Shown piece by piece: positions 47,223 through 58,154 of a stretch of DNA of 64,000 bases. The DNA lies in the NCBI GenBank assembly GCA_965222575.1, contig OZ244958.1:1024001-1088000 (forward strand), read 5' to 3'. The notes under the pieces are model-generated. The model saw only the letters and a program-made list of their open reading frames with translations, made no database searches and was not told where the DNA came from. How positions within the stretch are numbered: the first letter of the stretch is position 1; each line of letters opens with the position of its first letter. Origin of the DNA: Alphaproteobacteria bacterium. Its GTDB lineage: Bacteria > Pseudomonadota > Alphaproteobacteria > G965222575. A program made the translations under genes and the position numbers.

Positions 47223-47783
47223 ATGGTGTTATTGAAAGGGAAAGGGGGGGTCTTTTTGGTGTTACTTGGGCTTTTATTGATAGCTGGATGCATGAAGTCT
47301 AAAGAAAAGGTGACGGTGGTCTCTTCTGAAGGAGAGACTGTGACTCTAGAGTCTGTGCCTCCAGAGATTATGTCTCCAGAGACTGTGCCTTTAGAGGCTG
47401 TGTCTCTAGAGACTGTGCCTCTAGAGGCTGTGTCTTCTGAAGATGTTGTTGTTCATTCTTATTTATGGAAGGGGGCTTTACAAACGCTTTCAAAGCTACC
47501 GTTGCACTTGACAGACCCTATAGGAGGCGTTGTAACCACGGAGTGGTTTTCTCTTCCAGCAGCACCTGAATATCAGCAAAAGATAGAAGTCTATTTTCTA
47601 GGCAGTACCTTAACCCCTTCCTCTCTTAAGGTGGTGGTTTTACAGAAGAAGCAAGAGGGGAATCAGTGGCTTCTCAGCACGCCTTCTCCTGTGGTGGCTA
47701 CCAAGATTGAAGAGAAGATTCTGGAAGAGGCTTACGGACTAGAAACTCGTACAATTCTCAAGAAGAAGAAGAGAAAAGATTGA
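47223..47783 (+). CDS. DUF3576-like lipoprotein
   Basis: Lipobox IAGC, YLW.GAL.TL..LPL..DP.GGV..TEW, conserved position upstream of leuS. Confidence 0.75.
   Translation: MVLLKGKGGVFLVLLGLLLIAGCMKSKEKVTVVSSEGETVTLESVPPEIMSPETVPLEAVSLETVPLEAVSSEDVVVHSYLWKGALQTLSKLPLHLTDPIGGVVTTEWFSLPAAPEYQQKIEVYFLGSTLTPSSLKVVVLQKKQEGNQWLLSTPSPVVATKIEEKILEEAYGLETRTILKKKKRKD
47334..47438. repeat. seven-copy 15-bp coding tandem repeat
   Basis: Units such as gagactgtgcctcta and gaggctgtgtctcta; encode ETVTL ESVPP EIMSP ETVPL EAVSL ETVPL EAVSS. Confidence 0.85.
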
Positions 47784-47825
47784 TGCTTTCATGCCTTAGA
47801 CGGGCTTTAAGTTAAGAGAGAAACC

Positions 47826-50387
47826 ATGACGATTACTGGTGCTAAAGCTATGGAAGAGCGCTGGCATAAGGCTTGGTTGAGAGAGAAATGTTTTGAAAGC
47901 GTTGCTTCTACTGGGTGTGTGAAGAGGCGTTATGTTCTTGAGATGTTTCCTTATCCTTCGGGTCGCATTCATATGGGGCATGTCCGTAATTACACCATAG
48001 GGGATGTTATTGCCCGTTTTTATCGTGCGCGCGGGTATTGTGTGTTGCATCCTATGGGGTGGGATGCTTTTGGATTGCCGGCGGAGAATGCGGCTAGGGA
48101 GCAGAATACCCCTGCTAGTCTTTGGACTTATGGGAATATTAAAGACATGCGTCAGCAATTACAATCTCTTGGGTTCTCTTTGGATTGGAGTAGAGAGTTT
48201 GCGACTTGCGATCCAGAGTATTATCGTTTTCAGCAGGAGATTTTTTTAGATTTTTTAGAGCATGGTATTGCTGTACGGAAAAAGATTTTTGTGAATTGGG
48301 ACCCTGTGGATGAAACGGTATTGTCCAATGAGCAGGTGATTGACGGAAAGGGCTGGCGTAGTGGGGTTGATGTTGAGAAAAGGGCGTTGAAGCAGTGGAC
48401 GCTTTGCATTTCTTCTTATGCTGATAAATTATTGAATAATCTCGATGCCCTAGAAAAGTGGCCTCTACATGTGAAAACAATGCAAAGAAATTGGATTGGA
48501 AAATCCTGCGGTGTACAGATAGATTTTGCTTTATGTGATGAAACGGGAAAAAGTACAGGGGAGGTACTTGAGGTGTTTACAACCCGCCCTGAAACCCTTT
48601 TTGGTGCTTCTTTTTTGGCTCTTGCTCCAGAGCATGAGCTCTTAGAAAAGATAGGAGGAAAGGAGGTTGAGGCTTTCATCAAACGCTATCAGCACCAGGG
48701 AAGGGTTTCTTTGGAAAAACACCCTAAAGAGGGGTTACCGCTTAACATTTATGCTCTTCATCCTTTCACAAAAGCTCTTTTGCCTGTTTATGTAGCGAAT
48801 TTTGTGATGATGACTCATGGAACGGGGGCTATTTTCTGTGTACCTGCCCATGACCAGAAAGATATGGATTTTGCGCAGGCTTATCACTTGCCTGTACGTC
48901 CTGTGATTTTCCCTTTACCTGAGGAAGAGATGCACAGAGCGTATTTTCAAAAAGGCAAAGCCTATACAGCTTTTGAAGGAACGGTGCACCACGCTGGGTT
49001 TTTAGATGGCTTAGATGTTGCGAAAGCAAGAGTTTCTATAACAAAGACCCTAGTGTCTCAAGGCATAGGCAAGGAAGTGAGCATGTTTCGTCTTAAGGAC
49101 TGGTGTATTTCTCGTCAACGGTATTGGGGGTGTCCCATTCCTGTAATTTATTGTCAACATTGTGGTGTTGTTCCCGTACCGCGAGAGCACCTCCCTGTCA
49201 AATTGCCCCAGACTGTGGATATTCATGTGAAAGGGAATCCGCTAAGTTATGGAGATTGGAAGGTAGTATCTTGTCCTATTTGTGAGGCAAGAGCTGAACG
49301 TGAAACAGATACTATGGATACTTTTGTGGATTCTTCTTGGTATTTCTTGCGTTTTACAGCACCAAAAGCAAAAAGAGCCATTGAGAAAGAAGCCCTACAA
49401 AAATGGGGGCGAGTTCATCATTATATCGGGGGCATTGAGCATGCGATTTTGCATCTTCTCTATGCGCGTTTCTTCCTATTAGCCATGAAAGATGTAGGCT
49501 ATGAGGTGGAAGAAGAGCCTTTCCTTCACCTTTTTACACAAGGGATGGTATGCCATAAAACCTTTTATCATAAGAGCTCTTCTCGTTGGATTACCCCGCT
49601 CGATGTGGAAATGAGAGGTAGTGAGGCTTTTTATAAGGGAGAAAAGCTTCAGATAGGACGTAGTGAAAAAATGAGCAAGTCCAAAAAAAATGTCATAGAC
49701 CCCCAGAATATTCTTAAGAAATATGGGGCGGATGCGGCACGTTGGTTTGTGCTAGCTGATTCCCCTCCTGAGAAAGATATGGAATGGACAGAGGTAGGGA
49801 TAAAAGGCAGTGTAGGGTTTTTACGCAAAATCACTCTCCTTGTTAGAAAGGCAATAGACAACAAGATGATACCCCCTCCTGAAGCGAAAAAACCTCCTGT
49901 TGTTGATGCGACCTTATATCGACAAACCCATCTTACGCTTCAAGGGATTTCAGAAGCCATAGAAGGCTTCAGATTTAATACAGCATTAGCAAAAATCCAT
50001 GTTTTTGTGACGTCTATAGAAACATTCATGAAGAAAGAAAAGAAAAGCTGGACTTTAAGGCATGCTTTGGAAGTGTTAGCGTCTGTGTTAATGCCCTTTG
50101 TCCCTCATTTAGCGGAAGAAATATGGTATCTGTTAGGCCATCGGACTCTTTTAGCGTCTTCCCCTTGGCCAACATGGGATGAAGAGGCTTGTGTGCGGGC
50201 TGAGGTGTCTTTGCCCGTACAGGTCAATGGGAAAAAGAGGGGCTGTTTATTCGTATCAACGCATATCAATGAACAACAAGCCTTACAACAGGCTCTAAAA
50301 CTTCCCGCTGTGGTGACAGCTTTGGGAGGGAAAACACCACATAAGGTGATTTTTATTCCTCAAAAAATCCTCAATATTGTCTCGTGA
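47826..50387 (+). CDS. leuS: leucine--tRNA ligase
   Basis: MFPYPSG.IHMGH, editing domain (FTTRP, GTGA), RQRYWG, KMSKS. Confidence 0.98.
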   Translation: MTITGAKAMEERWHKAWLREKCFESVASTGCVKRRYVLEMFPYPSGRIHMGHVRNYTIGDVIARFYRARGYCVLHPMGWDAFGLPAENAAREQNTPASLWTYGNIKDMRQQLQSLGFSLDWSREFATCDPEYYRFQQEIFLDFLEHGIAVRKKIFVNWDPVDETVLSNEQVIDGKGWRSGVDVEKRALKQWTLCISSYADKLLNNLDALEKWPLHVKTMQRNWIGKSCGVQIDFALCDETGKSTGEVLEVFTTRPETLFGASFLALAPEHELLEKIGGKEVEAFIKRYQHQGRVSLEKHPKEGLPLNIYALHPFTKALLPVYVANFVMMTHGTGAIFCVPAHDQKDMDFAQAYHLPVRPVIFPLPEEEMHRAYFQKGKAYTAFEGTVHHAGFLDGLDVAKARVSITKTLVSQGIGKEVSMFRLKDWCISRQRYWGCPIPVIYCQHCGVVPVPREHLPVKLPQTVDIHVKGNPLSYGDWKVVSCPICEARAERETDTMDTFVDSSWYFLRFTAPKAKRAIEKEALQKWGRVHHYIGGIEHAILHLLYARFFLLAMKDVGYEVEEEPFLHLFTQGMVCHKTFYHKSSSRWITPLDVEMRGSEAFYKGEKLQIGRSEKMSKSKKNVIDPQNILKKYGADAARWFVLADSPPEKDMEWTEVGIKGSVGFLRKITLLVRKAIDNKMIPPPEAKKPPVVDATLYRQTHLTLQGISEAIEGFRFNTALAKIHVFVTSIETFMKKEKKSWTLRHALEVLASVLMPFVPHLAEEIWYLLGHRTLLASSPWPTWDEEACVRAEVSLPVQVNGKKRGCLFVSTHINEQQALQQALKLPAVVTALGGKTPHKVIFIPQKILNIVS

Positions 50388-50887
50388 CGCGTGAGATGAC
50401 CTTTTGTCCTCCTCTCTCTACTATAGCGCTGATGGGTGCCCTCGCTTTTTTGACAAATGCCTGCGCTTTTGTTCCTCTTTATATGGACAGGTCAAAAGCA
50501 AAGGATTTAGAGGCGGTCTTTTTTCTTGATACTGTCCATGGTCCGGGGAAAGAGTTGTTAGGCAATCGTTTAAGGGTAAGGTTGGGGAAGAAAGAGGAAA
50601 GCAAACAGCCTGTTAGGGTTGTCTTACAGGAAAGGATGGAGTCTGATTATCTTGTGATGGATAGGGAAAAGCCTTATGTGAGAAATTATGTACTGATGGC
50701 AAGTGTTGAGGTTGGGGGTAAGCAGTATCCCCTGAAAGCTAGTGTTTTGTCAGAAGAGAGTGTGGATGTTGTAGAAGATTATCTGTCTGTTAAAGAGGTA
50801 AGAGTGATTGCTATAGAGGTTTTGGAAGAAAAGATTCTGAAGTTGTTGCGATTTTTGTTAGGGGAGAGAGACAATGAAGATTCCTAA
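50384..50887 (+). CDS. lptE: LPS assembly lipoprotein LptE-like
   Basis: Lipobox followed by CAFVPLY (typical CGF.PLY); lies between leuS and holA. Confidence 0.6.
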   Translation: MTREMTFCPPLSTIALMGALAFLTNACAFVPLYMDRSKAKDLEAVFFLDTVHGPGKELLGNRLRVRLGKKEESKQPVRVVLQERMESDYLVMDREKPYVRNYVLMASVEVGGKQYPLKASVLSEESVDVVEDYLSVKEVRVIAIEVLEEKILKLLRFLLGERDNEDS

Positions 50888-51905
50888 TGCTCGTATAGAG
50901 GAATTTGTGAGGCGTGTCCCTGATGAGGTGGTGGGGGTGTTGTTTTATGGTCCTAATGGAGGGTTGGTGAGGGAATATGCCACTAGGGTTTATAAGCAGT
51001 GGACGGCAAAAGAGGAGGATCCGTTTTTGAATGAAGTGGTTGATGGAGAGGTGTTGGATAGGGAGAGAGCTTATCTTGCAACGGCTGTTGGGACGATATC
51101 CCTGTTAGGTGGCAGGCGATGTGTTTGGGTTAAGGGGGGGTGCAGTTCTCATGGGAAGGTCTTTCAAGAGGTGTTTCGGAAGGGGTTTAGCAACTGTGTT
51201 CTCTTGGTAGAAGCGGGTGTATTGCCTCCTTCTTCGAGTCTTCGCCTTTGTTTTGAGCAACAAAAGTGTTGTGCTTCTGTTGCGTGTTATGAAGATTCTC
51301 CTATTGGTGTAAGAAGGTTAGTAGAGCAGATGTTGCAAGAGGTTATGCTCTCACAGGAGGCGAAAGACTATATTGTGTCTGTTTTAGGTGCTGACAGAGA
51401 GCATAGTCGTACGGAGTTGGAGAAAATTGCTTTATATTGGCAGTCTACAGATTGTCAACGTCCTCTGTCTTTGGAGATTGTTGCGGCTCTTGTAGATGAT
51501 GAGGGTCATCGGGTCATTGAGGCTGTGGTGATGGGGTGTTATGGAGGGGATGTTGAGGGGGCGTATAAGGCTTTGTATCAGGCTTTGGAGGGAAGGGAAA
51601 GTACTATACGCGTGGTGAGGGCTTTAGGCAGATATGGCATGGAGTTGATGATGGTGAAGGAGGGGCTTATGCAAGAGAAGAGTTGGGTTGAGATTTTTGC
51701 TACTTTGGGGCGCGGAAGGCATTTTTTGGTACAAAAGCGCTTTGAAGAGCATAGTCAATTGTGGAGTTATAGGGACTTACAAAAAATCCTAAGGGCGGTT
51801 TTCCTAGCGGATATTGCATCTAAGGAAGGAAAGGGCAACACAAGTGTTTGTGAGCAGCTGGTTTTTCTGATAGGAAGACAGGTGCGGCGACTAGGGAAGC
51901 TGTAG
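50874..51905 (+). CDS. holA: DNA polymerase III delta subunit
   Basis: LFYGPN.GLV.E, SLLGGRR.V, S.LR..FE, CY.D, ELEK..LY; leuS-lptE-holA synteny. Confidence 0.85.
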   Translation: MKIPNARIEEFVRRVPDEVVGVLFYGPNGGLVREYATRVYKQWTAKEEDPFLNEVVDGEVLDRERAYLATAVGTISLLGGRRCVWVKGGCSSHGKVFQEVFRKGFSNCVLLVEAGVLPPSSSLRLCFEQQKCCASVACYEDSPIGVRRLVEQMLQEVMLSQEAKDYIVSVLGADREHSRTELEKIALYWQSTDCQRPLSLEIVAALVDDEGHRVIEAVVMGCYGGDVEGAYKALYQALEGRESTIRVVRALGRYGMELMMVKEGLMQEKSWVEIFATLGRGRHFLVQKRFEEHSQLWSYRDLQKILRAVFLADIASKEGKGNTSVCEQLVFLIGRQVRRLGKL

Positions 51906-52490
51906 GTCTTCTTTCATACTATTGACCACATGAGCAAGGTTAGCGTTCATTTCTAAAAACTTGTCTTCAAAGGCTTTACGACTAGTGATGCTAAGAGAGA
52001 GGGATTCGAAGGCTAAATCGATAATACGCCACTGGTTGTTTTTTGATTCTACGAGAAAGGTAAAGGCATAGGAGACATCCTCATGGTGGAAGGTTGTGTA
52101 GACGGCATAGCGATTTTTTATGGGCTCTTTTCCATCAAGAGTGAAGGTGCCTTTTTGCAGGTATTTCATGTATTGTCCTAGAGTATTAGAGATGTAGAAA
52201 GGTAAAATGTCTGAGAAGGCTTCTATATCGGCAGGCGGTATGCGGCGGCGGTATTTTCCTAAGATGAAGTTTTTGATAGTTTCCATATCGAAGTATGTTG
52301 TGAGAAGGGGTGAAATGACTTCTTTTAGCTGTATGGCGTTGGCTTCTAGGGAAAGATTGTTAGAGACTGCTATGATATCGTCAAGAAGATGTTGGACTAG
52401 CGTTTCGGGTGTCTGTTGGTTTTCTGTTGCCTGCACTGATGAGAGCCATGACACTAGGATGAGAGATAGGGTAGTGATAAGAGTTTTCAT
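51891..52490 (-). CDS. MlaC/Ttg2D-like periplasmic lipid-binding protein
   Basis: Signal peptide (VQA), FD...F.LG.Y.R, W.I.D..E..S....R..F motif. Start taken at ATG 52490. Confidence 0.7.
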   Translation of the reverse strand: MKTLITTLSLILVSWLSSVQATENQQTPETLVQHLLDDIIAVSNNLSLEANAIQLKEVISPLLTTYFDMETIKNFILGKYRRRIPPADIEAFSDILPFYISNTLGQYMKYLQKGTFTLDGKEPIKNRYAVYTTFHHEDVSYAFTFLVESKNNQWRIIDLAFESLSLSITSRKAFEDKFLEMNANLAHVVNSMKEDLQLP

Positions 52491-52587
52491 AGGAATGAAA
52501 GGTATTTTTAGAGAAATTTTATAGGATTTGAGGGAGAAGTACAACAAGGAAGAAATGTCTTGTTAGAGAGAAAAAATGTAAAGAGGG

Positions 52588-52616
52588 CATTGTAATTAAA
52601 TTTTTTGTTCTTATTT
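52588..52616 (+). promoter_or_regulatory. RpoH (sigma32)-like promoter of dnaK
   Basis: caTTG-N17-CTTATTT resembles the alphaproteobacterial CTTG-N17/18-CYTATNT heat-shock consensus. Confidence 0.4.
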
Positions 52617-52668
52617 AAGACATAGAGAGGGACAATCAGATGATATAAGAATGAAAGGATAAAATAAA

Positions 52669-54609
52669 ATGAGTAAGATTATAGGCATTGATTTAGGAAC
52701 GACGAATTCTTGTGTTGCGGTCATGGAGGGTGGAAAGCCTAAGGTCATTGAGAATGCTGAGGGGCATCGGACGACTCCATCGGTAGTTGCGTTTACTGGT
52801 AGTAAGGAGCGTCTTGTTGGCACGCCTGCTAAGAGGCAAGCTGTTACGAATCCTAAGAACACGCTGTTTGCGATTAAGCGGTTAGTTGGTCGGCGTTTTA
52901 AGGATAAGGAGGTGAAAGTTCTGAGGGGTCTTGTTTCTTATGATATTGTTGAATCTGAGGGAGGGGATGCTTGGGTAAAGGTTGAGGGGAAAGATTCCAT
53001 GGCGCCTTCTCAAGTTTCTGCTGATATTTTACAGAAGATGAAGGAGACAGCGGAGTCGTATTTAGGGGAGAAAGTACAAAAAGCTGTGGTGACGGTTCCT
53101 GCTTATTTTAATGATGCGCAAAGGCAAGCGACGAAGGATGCGGGTCGTATTGCGGGTCTTACGGTGGAGAGGATTATTAATGAGCCAACGGCGGCGGCGT
53201 TAGCTTATGGGATGGACAAGAAGGGAGGCAAGATTGTTGCTGTGTATGACTTAGGGGGAGGGACCTTTGATGTTTCGTTATTGGAGCTTGGGGAGGGAGT
53301 ATTTGAGGTACGTGCTACCAATGGGGACACGCACCTTGGAGGGGAAGATTTTGATATGGTTTTGGTGAATGATATCGCTGATGAGTTTAAGAAAGAGCAA
53401 GGGATAGATTTAAGGTGTGATCCGACATCGCTTCAACGTCTGAGGGAGGCGTCTGAGAAGGCTAAGATTGAACTATCTTCGGTTCAGGAGACACAGATTA
53501 ATTTGCCTTTTATTACGGCTGATGCTTCTGGCCCTAAGCATTTAACGAAGACGTTCACGCGGTCGAAACTTGAGTCCTTAGCGGAGGATTTGATGAAGCG
53601 GACGTTGAAACCTTGTAAGCAAGTGTTAAAAGATGCGGCAATAGAGGCTTCTAAGGTAGATGAAATCATTATGGTAGGGGGAATGTCTAGAATGCCGAAG
53701 ATACTGGAAACGGTTGAGAAGTTCTTTGGGAAAAAGCCTCATCAAGGGGTAAATCCTGATGAAGTTGTTGCCATTGGTGCTTGTGTACAGGCGGGCATAT
53801 TACAAGGGGATGTGAAGGATGTGTTATTGTTGGATGTCACGCCTTTATCGTTAGGCATTGAGACCAAGGGTGGTGTTTTCACTCGTTTAATTGAGAAGAA
53901 TACGACTATTCCGACGAAGAATAGCCAAGTATTTTCCACGGCCCAAGATGGTCAGACGGCGGTGACTATTCAGGTTTATCAGGGGGAGAGAGAGATGGCT
54001 AAGGATAATAGGTCTTTGGGACGATTTGATTTGGTAGGGATTCCGCCTGCACCTATGGGTGTGCCACAGATTGAGGTGACGTTTGATATTGACGCTAATG
54101 GCATTGTTCATGTGTCTGCTAAGGATAAAGGGACGAATAAGGAGCAATCGATTCGTATTGAGTCTTCTGGGGGGTTGAAGGAAGAAGAAATTGAGCAGAT
54201 GGTGAAGGAAGCTAAGAAGAATTCAGAAGTTGATAAGAAGAAGCGTAAGAGAGTAGAAGTCCGTAATTCTGCGGAGAGTCTGATTAATAGCACGAGGACA
54301 TCGCTGGAGGAGCTTGGAGATAAGGCAGATAAAGCCATTAAGAAGGAAGTTGAGGCGGATATTAAGGGGCTTGAAAAGGCCATGGAAGGGGAGGAGGAGG
54401 AGGCTTTGGAGAAGGCTTTGAAAGCCTTGACGGCTTCTTCTTTGAAGATTGGGAAAGCTCTTTATGAGCAGCAACAACAACAGGCGGCTTCCTCTGAGAA
54501 GAAGAAAGAGAAAAAGAAGGACGAGAAAGAGAAAGTTGTCGATGCTGAATATGAGGATGTGAAAGATAACAGCGGGAAATCAGATAGTAAAAATAAGAAA
54601 GCCTCTTAG
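52669..54609 (+). CDS. dnaK: chaperone DnaK
   Basis: [48 protein letters not shown]. Confidence 0.99.
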   Translation: MSKIIGIDLGTTNSCVAVMEGGKPKVIENAEGHRTTPSVVAFTGSKERLVGTPAKRQAVTNPKNTLFAIKRLVGRRFKDKEVKVLRGLVSYDIVESEGGDAWVKVEGKDSMAPSQVSADILQKMKETAESYLGEKVQKAVVTVPAYFNDAQRQATKDAGRIAGLTVERIINEPTAAALAYGMDKKGGKIVAVYDLGGGTFDVSLLELGEGVFEVRATNGDTHLGGEDFDMVLVNDIADEFKKEQGIDLRCDPTSLQRLREASEKAKIELSSVQETQINLPFITADASGPKHLTKTFTRSKLESLAEDLMKRTLKPCKQVLKDAAIEASKVDEIIMVGGMSRMPKILETVEKFFGKKPHQGVNPDEVVAIGACVQAGILQGDVKDVLLLDVTPLSLGIETKGGVFTRLIEKNTTIPTKNSQVFSTAQDGQTAVTIQVYQGEREMAKDNRSLGRFDLVGIPPAPMGVPQIEVTFDIDANGIVHVSAKDKGTNKEQSIRIESSGGLKEEEIEQMVKEAKKNSEVDKKKRKRVEVRNSAESLINSTRTSLEELGDKADKAIKKEVEADIKGLEKAMEGEEEEALEKALKALTASSLKIGKALYEQQQQQAASSEKKKEKKKDEKEKVVDAEYEDVKDNSGKSDSKNKKAS

Positions 54610-54619
54610 GTAAAGTTTT

Positions 54620-55663
54620 TTGTCACAGGATTATTATGATCTTTTAGGTGTCGACCGTGATGCCGATGAAGCTACTCTTAAGAGGGCTTATCGCAAGTCG
54701 GTGATGGACTGCCATCCTGATAGGAATCCTGGTGATAAGGAGGCGGAGGAAAAATTCAAGAGTCTCTCTAAGGCTTATGATACCTTAAGGAATCCGCAAA
54801 GCCGTAAAATATACGATAGCCATGGTGAAGAAGGTCTCGAAGGCGGGGGTCATTCTTTTTTTTCAGATATTTTTGGAGAGCAAGGGTTCAGAAGTTCTTT
54901 TAGCACCTCCGGGTTTTCTGGGTTTGGTAGTCTTTTTAGGAATATTTTTACCGGAGGGCGTTCTTCTAGGCGGGAAGATGTTCACTATTCCGTAGAGATA
55001 TCTTTAGAGGAGTCTTATTTAGGGAAGAGTTTAGATATTCCTGTGAAGAGTAGAGAGGGGTGTGTGGGGTGCGGTGGGGAAGGGGTGCGTCATGAGAGGG
55101 ATAAAGTTCCTTGTGAAGCCTGTGGGGGTCGTGGTGTTCAGAGACTGTCTTCTGGTAATTTTATGTTATTGGAACAGACGTGTTCTTCTTGTCAAGGGAA
55201 GGGGTGGCGTATTAAGAATCCTTGTGGACAATGTCATGGTGCAGGATATACAGAAAAGACAAGTTCTGTTCATGTACAGATTCCCCCCGGTATTCTCAAT
55301 GGGACTCATCTGAAACTCCCTTATCAAGAGGAAGCGTCTGATGGTCATTTTTATCTTTCAGTGACGGTCTTGCCCCACGATTTTTTTCAAACGAATGAGA
55401 CTCATTTATATTGTACCGTTACGATTCCCTTCTCAAAGGCTATTTTGGGGGGAGAAGTCTCCTTTCCTTACCTCAACGGTGACACATTAAAGATAAAAGT
55501 GCCACCGGGTACCCAGCCTATGCAAAAGATTCGGTTAAAAAGAAGAGGTCTCCCTATTATAGGAAGTGGCGGTCGATTTGGAGATTTATATGTAACCCTT
55601 GAAGTTGTTTTGCCTAAAACCCTTACCCCTAAGCAAAAGGAAGCGTTGGAGATATTCCAATAA
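54620..55663 (+). CDS. dnaJ: chaperone DnaJ
   Basis: J domain HPD, G/F region, four CxxCxGxG repeats. TTG start. Confidence 0.95.
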   Translation: MSQDYYDLLGVDRDADEATLKRAYRKSVMDCHPDRNPGDKEAEEKFKSLSKAYDTLRNPQSRKIYDSHGEEGLEGGGHSFFSDIFGEQGFRSSFSTSGFSGFGSLFRNIFTGGRSSRREDVHYSVEISLEESYLGKSLDIPVKSREGCVGCGGEGVRHERDKVPCEACGGRGVQRLSSGNFMLLEQTCSSCQGKGWRIKNPCGQCHGAGYTEKTSSVHVQIPPGILNGTHLKLPYQEEASDGHFYLSVTVLPHDFFQTNETHLYCTVTIPFSKAILGGEVSFPYLNGDTLKIKVPPGTQPMQKIRLKRRGLPIIGSGGRFGDLYVTLEVVLPKTLTPKQKEALEIFQ

Positions 55664-56447
55664 GGCCTTTAGGCCTTTTTTGTTTACCGTCTAAGAAAGC
55701 CTTTTCTAATGCGTGGGTTTTCTGTTCTATGCTTTCAGTCAGTCGGCGTTCGAACTCTTCTCTGGGTAAGCCGGGGAGAATAGGAGGTAGCAGGGCAACG
55801 GTGACGGTGATATCAACATTTCTCCTCCTTTTATAAGGCCAAAAGATTCCCGCATTAACCGCTGCCGGTAGTACAGGTACCTCTAATTTATGATACAAAG
55901 CCCAAATGCCACTTTTGTAATTTTCTCTTTCTCCTGGCAATGTTCTTTTTCCTTGGGGAAAAATCACAACGCTACGTCCTTGGTCAAGCACTTTTTGAGA
56001 CGCTGATAAAAGTTTGCGCAAAGCCCCTCCCCCCCCTTTGCGATTCACACTAATAAGGCCAGCTCTTGTAATATAACTACTATATAGGGGCATATACTTC
56101 ATTTCTGATTTAAAAATTGCAGAGGGAGCTATAAGAATTCTATACCATAAAAACGCATCCCACACAGACTGATGCTTAGCCGCATAAATCATAGGTTGAG
56201 AGGGAATCTCTACCCCCTGTAGGACTTCCCGTAATCCCATGGTGTAATAGGCAAGCCACGCCACGCCATCACACCAGTAGCGCCCTAGCTTGAAAAAAAA
56301 GAATTCCGATTTCCAAAAAGTAGACAGCACATAAATAGGAAGCCAAAGAAGATAACAAACACTTGTCCAAACGCCAAAAGAGACAAGGAAGATAAAATCT
56401 CGCAACCAAGGAGGAAGATAGGATATAAATCCTCTGCTTTTGTTCAC
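55629..56447 (-). CDS. plsC: 1-acyl-sn-glycerol-3-phosphate acyltransferase
   Basis: KHQS.WD (HX4D), FK.E, IFPQG.R, P.A.N.G.FW. Confidence 0.88.
   Translation of the reverse strand: MNKSRGFISYLPPWLRDFIFLVSFGVWTSVCYLLWLPIYVLSTFWKSEFFFFKLGRYWCDGVAWLAYYTMGLREVLQGVEIPSQPMIYAAKHQSVWDAFLWYRILIAPSAIFKSEMKYMPLYSSYITRAGLISVNRKGGGGALRKLLSASQKVLDQGRSVVIFPQGKRTLPGERENYKSGIWALYHKLEVPVLPAAVNAGIFWPYKRRRNVDITVTVALLPPILPGLPREEFERRLTESIEQKTHALEKAFLDGKQKRPKGLIGISPTLPFA
55662..55685 (+). terminator. possible intrinsic terminator of dnaK-dnaJ
   Basis: AAGGCC-TTTA-GGCCTT hairpin followed by TTTTGTTT at the dnaJ stop; overlaps plsC coding sequence. Confidence 0.35.
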
Positions 56448-56578
56448 AAAGACTCCTTTCTATCAAGAATAGCAAATCCCCTGAAAGTTTCAAGATATAG
56501 CAAAAATACCTATGTTAAAAATCCGCAACTATCAATCCCTCTTCTTATCTAAAGAATCCCGTAACCGAGAGAGAGAGA

Positions 56579-56896
56579 TTAAATATGTTGCTCTATCCAC
56601 TTGATAATTTTTTGCTTAGGTATCAAGCCGACTTGTTTAGCAGCCTCTTTGCCATCCTTAAAAAGCAAAAGTGTAGGAACGCCTCGTATTCCATACTCCT
56701 TAGCAATTTTAGGATTGTCATCAACATTGAGGTTTGCGATTTTAATGTCTAAGGAGCCACTTTTTTCAATTTCATCCAAAATAGGAGCAAGTGATTTACA
56801 GGGGGCACACCATTCAGCCCAAAAATCCACCAACACAGAGGTAGAAGCCTTTAGAACCTCTTTTTCAAAGGTTTTATCTGTTACAGCACAGGACAT
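56579..56896 (-). CDS. trxA: thioredoxin
   Basis: VDFWAEWCAPCK, NVD.NP, YGIRGVPTL. Confidence 0.95.
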   Translation of the reverse strand: MSCAVTDKTFEKEVLKASTSVLVDFWAEWCAPCKSLAPILDEIEKSGSLDIKIANLNVDDNPKIAKEYGIRGVPTLLLFKDGKEAAKQVGLIPKQKIIKWIEQHI

Positions 56897-57027
56897 ATTT
56901 CCCTTTTGATAAGTTGTTGCAGGAGAAATTTTTCACTCATAAGGTATTAACATGTATAATTAGGAAACAGTGTGAAAGATTGTATAGAGAATCCCTAAAG
57001 ATTGTCAATGAAAAAATTCCCGTTCTT

Positions 57028-58108
57028 ATGAGTAAAGACCCTAGAAGGCAAGTGAGAAAGAGGCTAGAAGAGAGAAAAAAAATTGCTATCTTGGGTGCAG
57101 GAAGCATAGGATGCAGTTTCGCCTCTCTGTCTTTGTCTAAAGGTCATGAGGTCTTATTACATCCGACGCCTTTCGATAAAGAGATTGTACAGATGATGCG
57201 TGACAAAAAGCCTCACCCTGTTTTGGGAATTTCTTTTTCAGAAGCCATAGAGACAGGCCAGTTAAAAATCTCTTATGATGAACTAGCTATTAAAGATAGT
57301 ACTTTGATATGTATAGGAGTAAGTAGCACAGGTATTTTGTGGTCTATAGGGGTATTAGAGAGAATATTTGCTCAAGTATGTGTACCTGTTTTGTTGTTAA
57401 CGAAGGGGTTAAAGATAGAAGAAGAGAGGCTTTCTTTTTTTTATGAAGGGATAGAGAAGAGGGGATTTTCTGTAGTTGTTGCGGCGGGGCCTTGTATTGC
57501 GAGGGAGTTAGCGCAGCATCGGCTAACGCATGTAGTATTTGCGGGAGAAAAGGCAGAGATTTGCAGGAAGATTTTTGAGACGGCGTTTTTTTCTGTTGAT
57601 GTGAGCGATGATTTGGCTGGGGTTTCTTTGTGTGCGGCACTTAAGAACATTTATGCTATTGGTATTAGTGCGGCTTTGGGGACTGGCGGGAAGGGCACTG
57701 ATGGAGGTGCACTAGTGTGCTGGCACTAGTGCCGGTTCGGTGTTGCCTAATGTAGCGGCGGCGTTTTTTGCGCGTAGTTTAGAGGAGATGGGATATCTTT
57801 GTGAACAGGTGGGTGGGAAGAGAGAAACGGCTCTTGGCGGGGGCGGGAGCGGGGATTTATTTGTGACAGTTCTTGCGGGAAGAAATGGACGTTTGGGACA
57901 GCTTTGGGGAGGGGGGAAAGCCCCTAGTGTTGCTCTTTCAGAGATGAAGACAACTGTGGAAGGTTATCATTTGGCGCAAAAACTTGCTTCTCCGTTGCGT
58001 ACTTATCTTTCTAGCAAGCAGTGGAAAGCGGAAAAGGTGTCTCTTTTAGTCTCACTTGTGGAGGGTCTTGTGAAGGATAAGTCTTTTGATTTTTCCTATC
58101 TTAAGTAA
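57028..58108 (+). pseudogene. gpsA: NAD(P)H-dependent glycerol-3-phosphate dehydrogenase, split at 57716-57729 (real or assembly error)
   Basis: ORF1 has ILGAGSIG, TKG, GPCIAREL, AALKNIYAI; ORF2 (+1 frame) has EM, GDLFVT, GRN, TVEG. Confidence 0.8.
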
Positions 58109-58154
58109 ATAATGGAGAAAAACAGAAAGTGTTAGGCGTGATATCTTGTGGGTG

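Noticed and set aside
56579-56896. WCAPC instead of WCGPC in thioredoxin
   Set aside because: A common natural variant.
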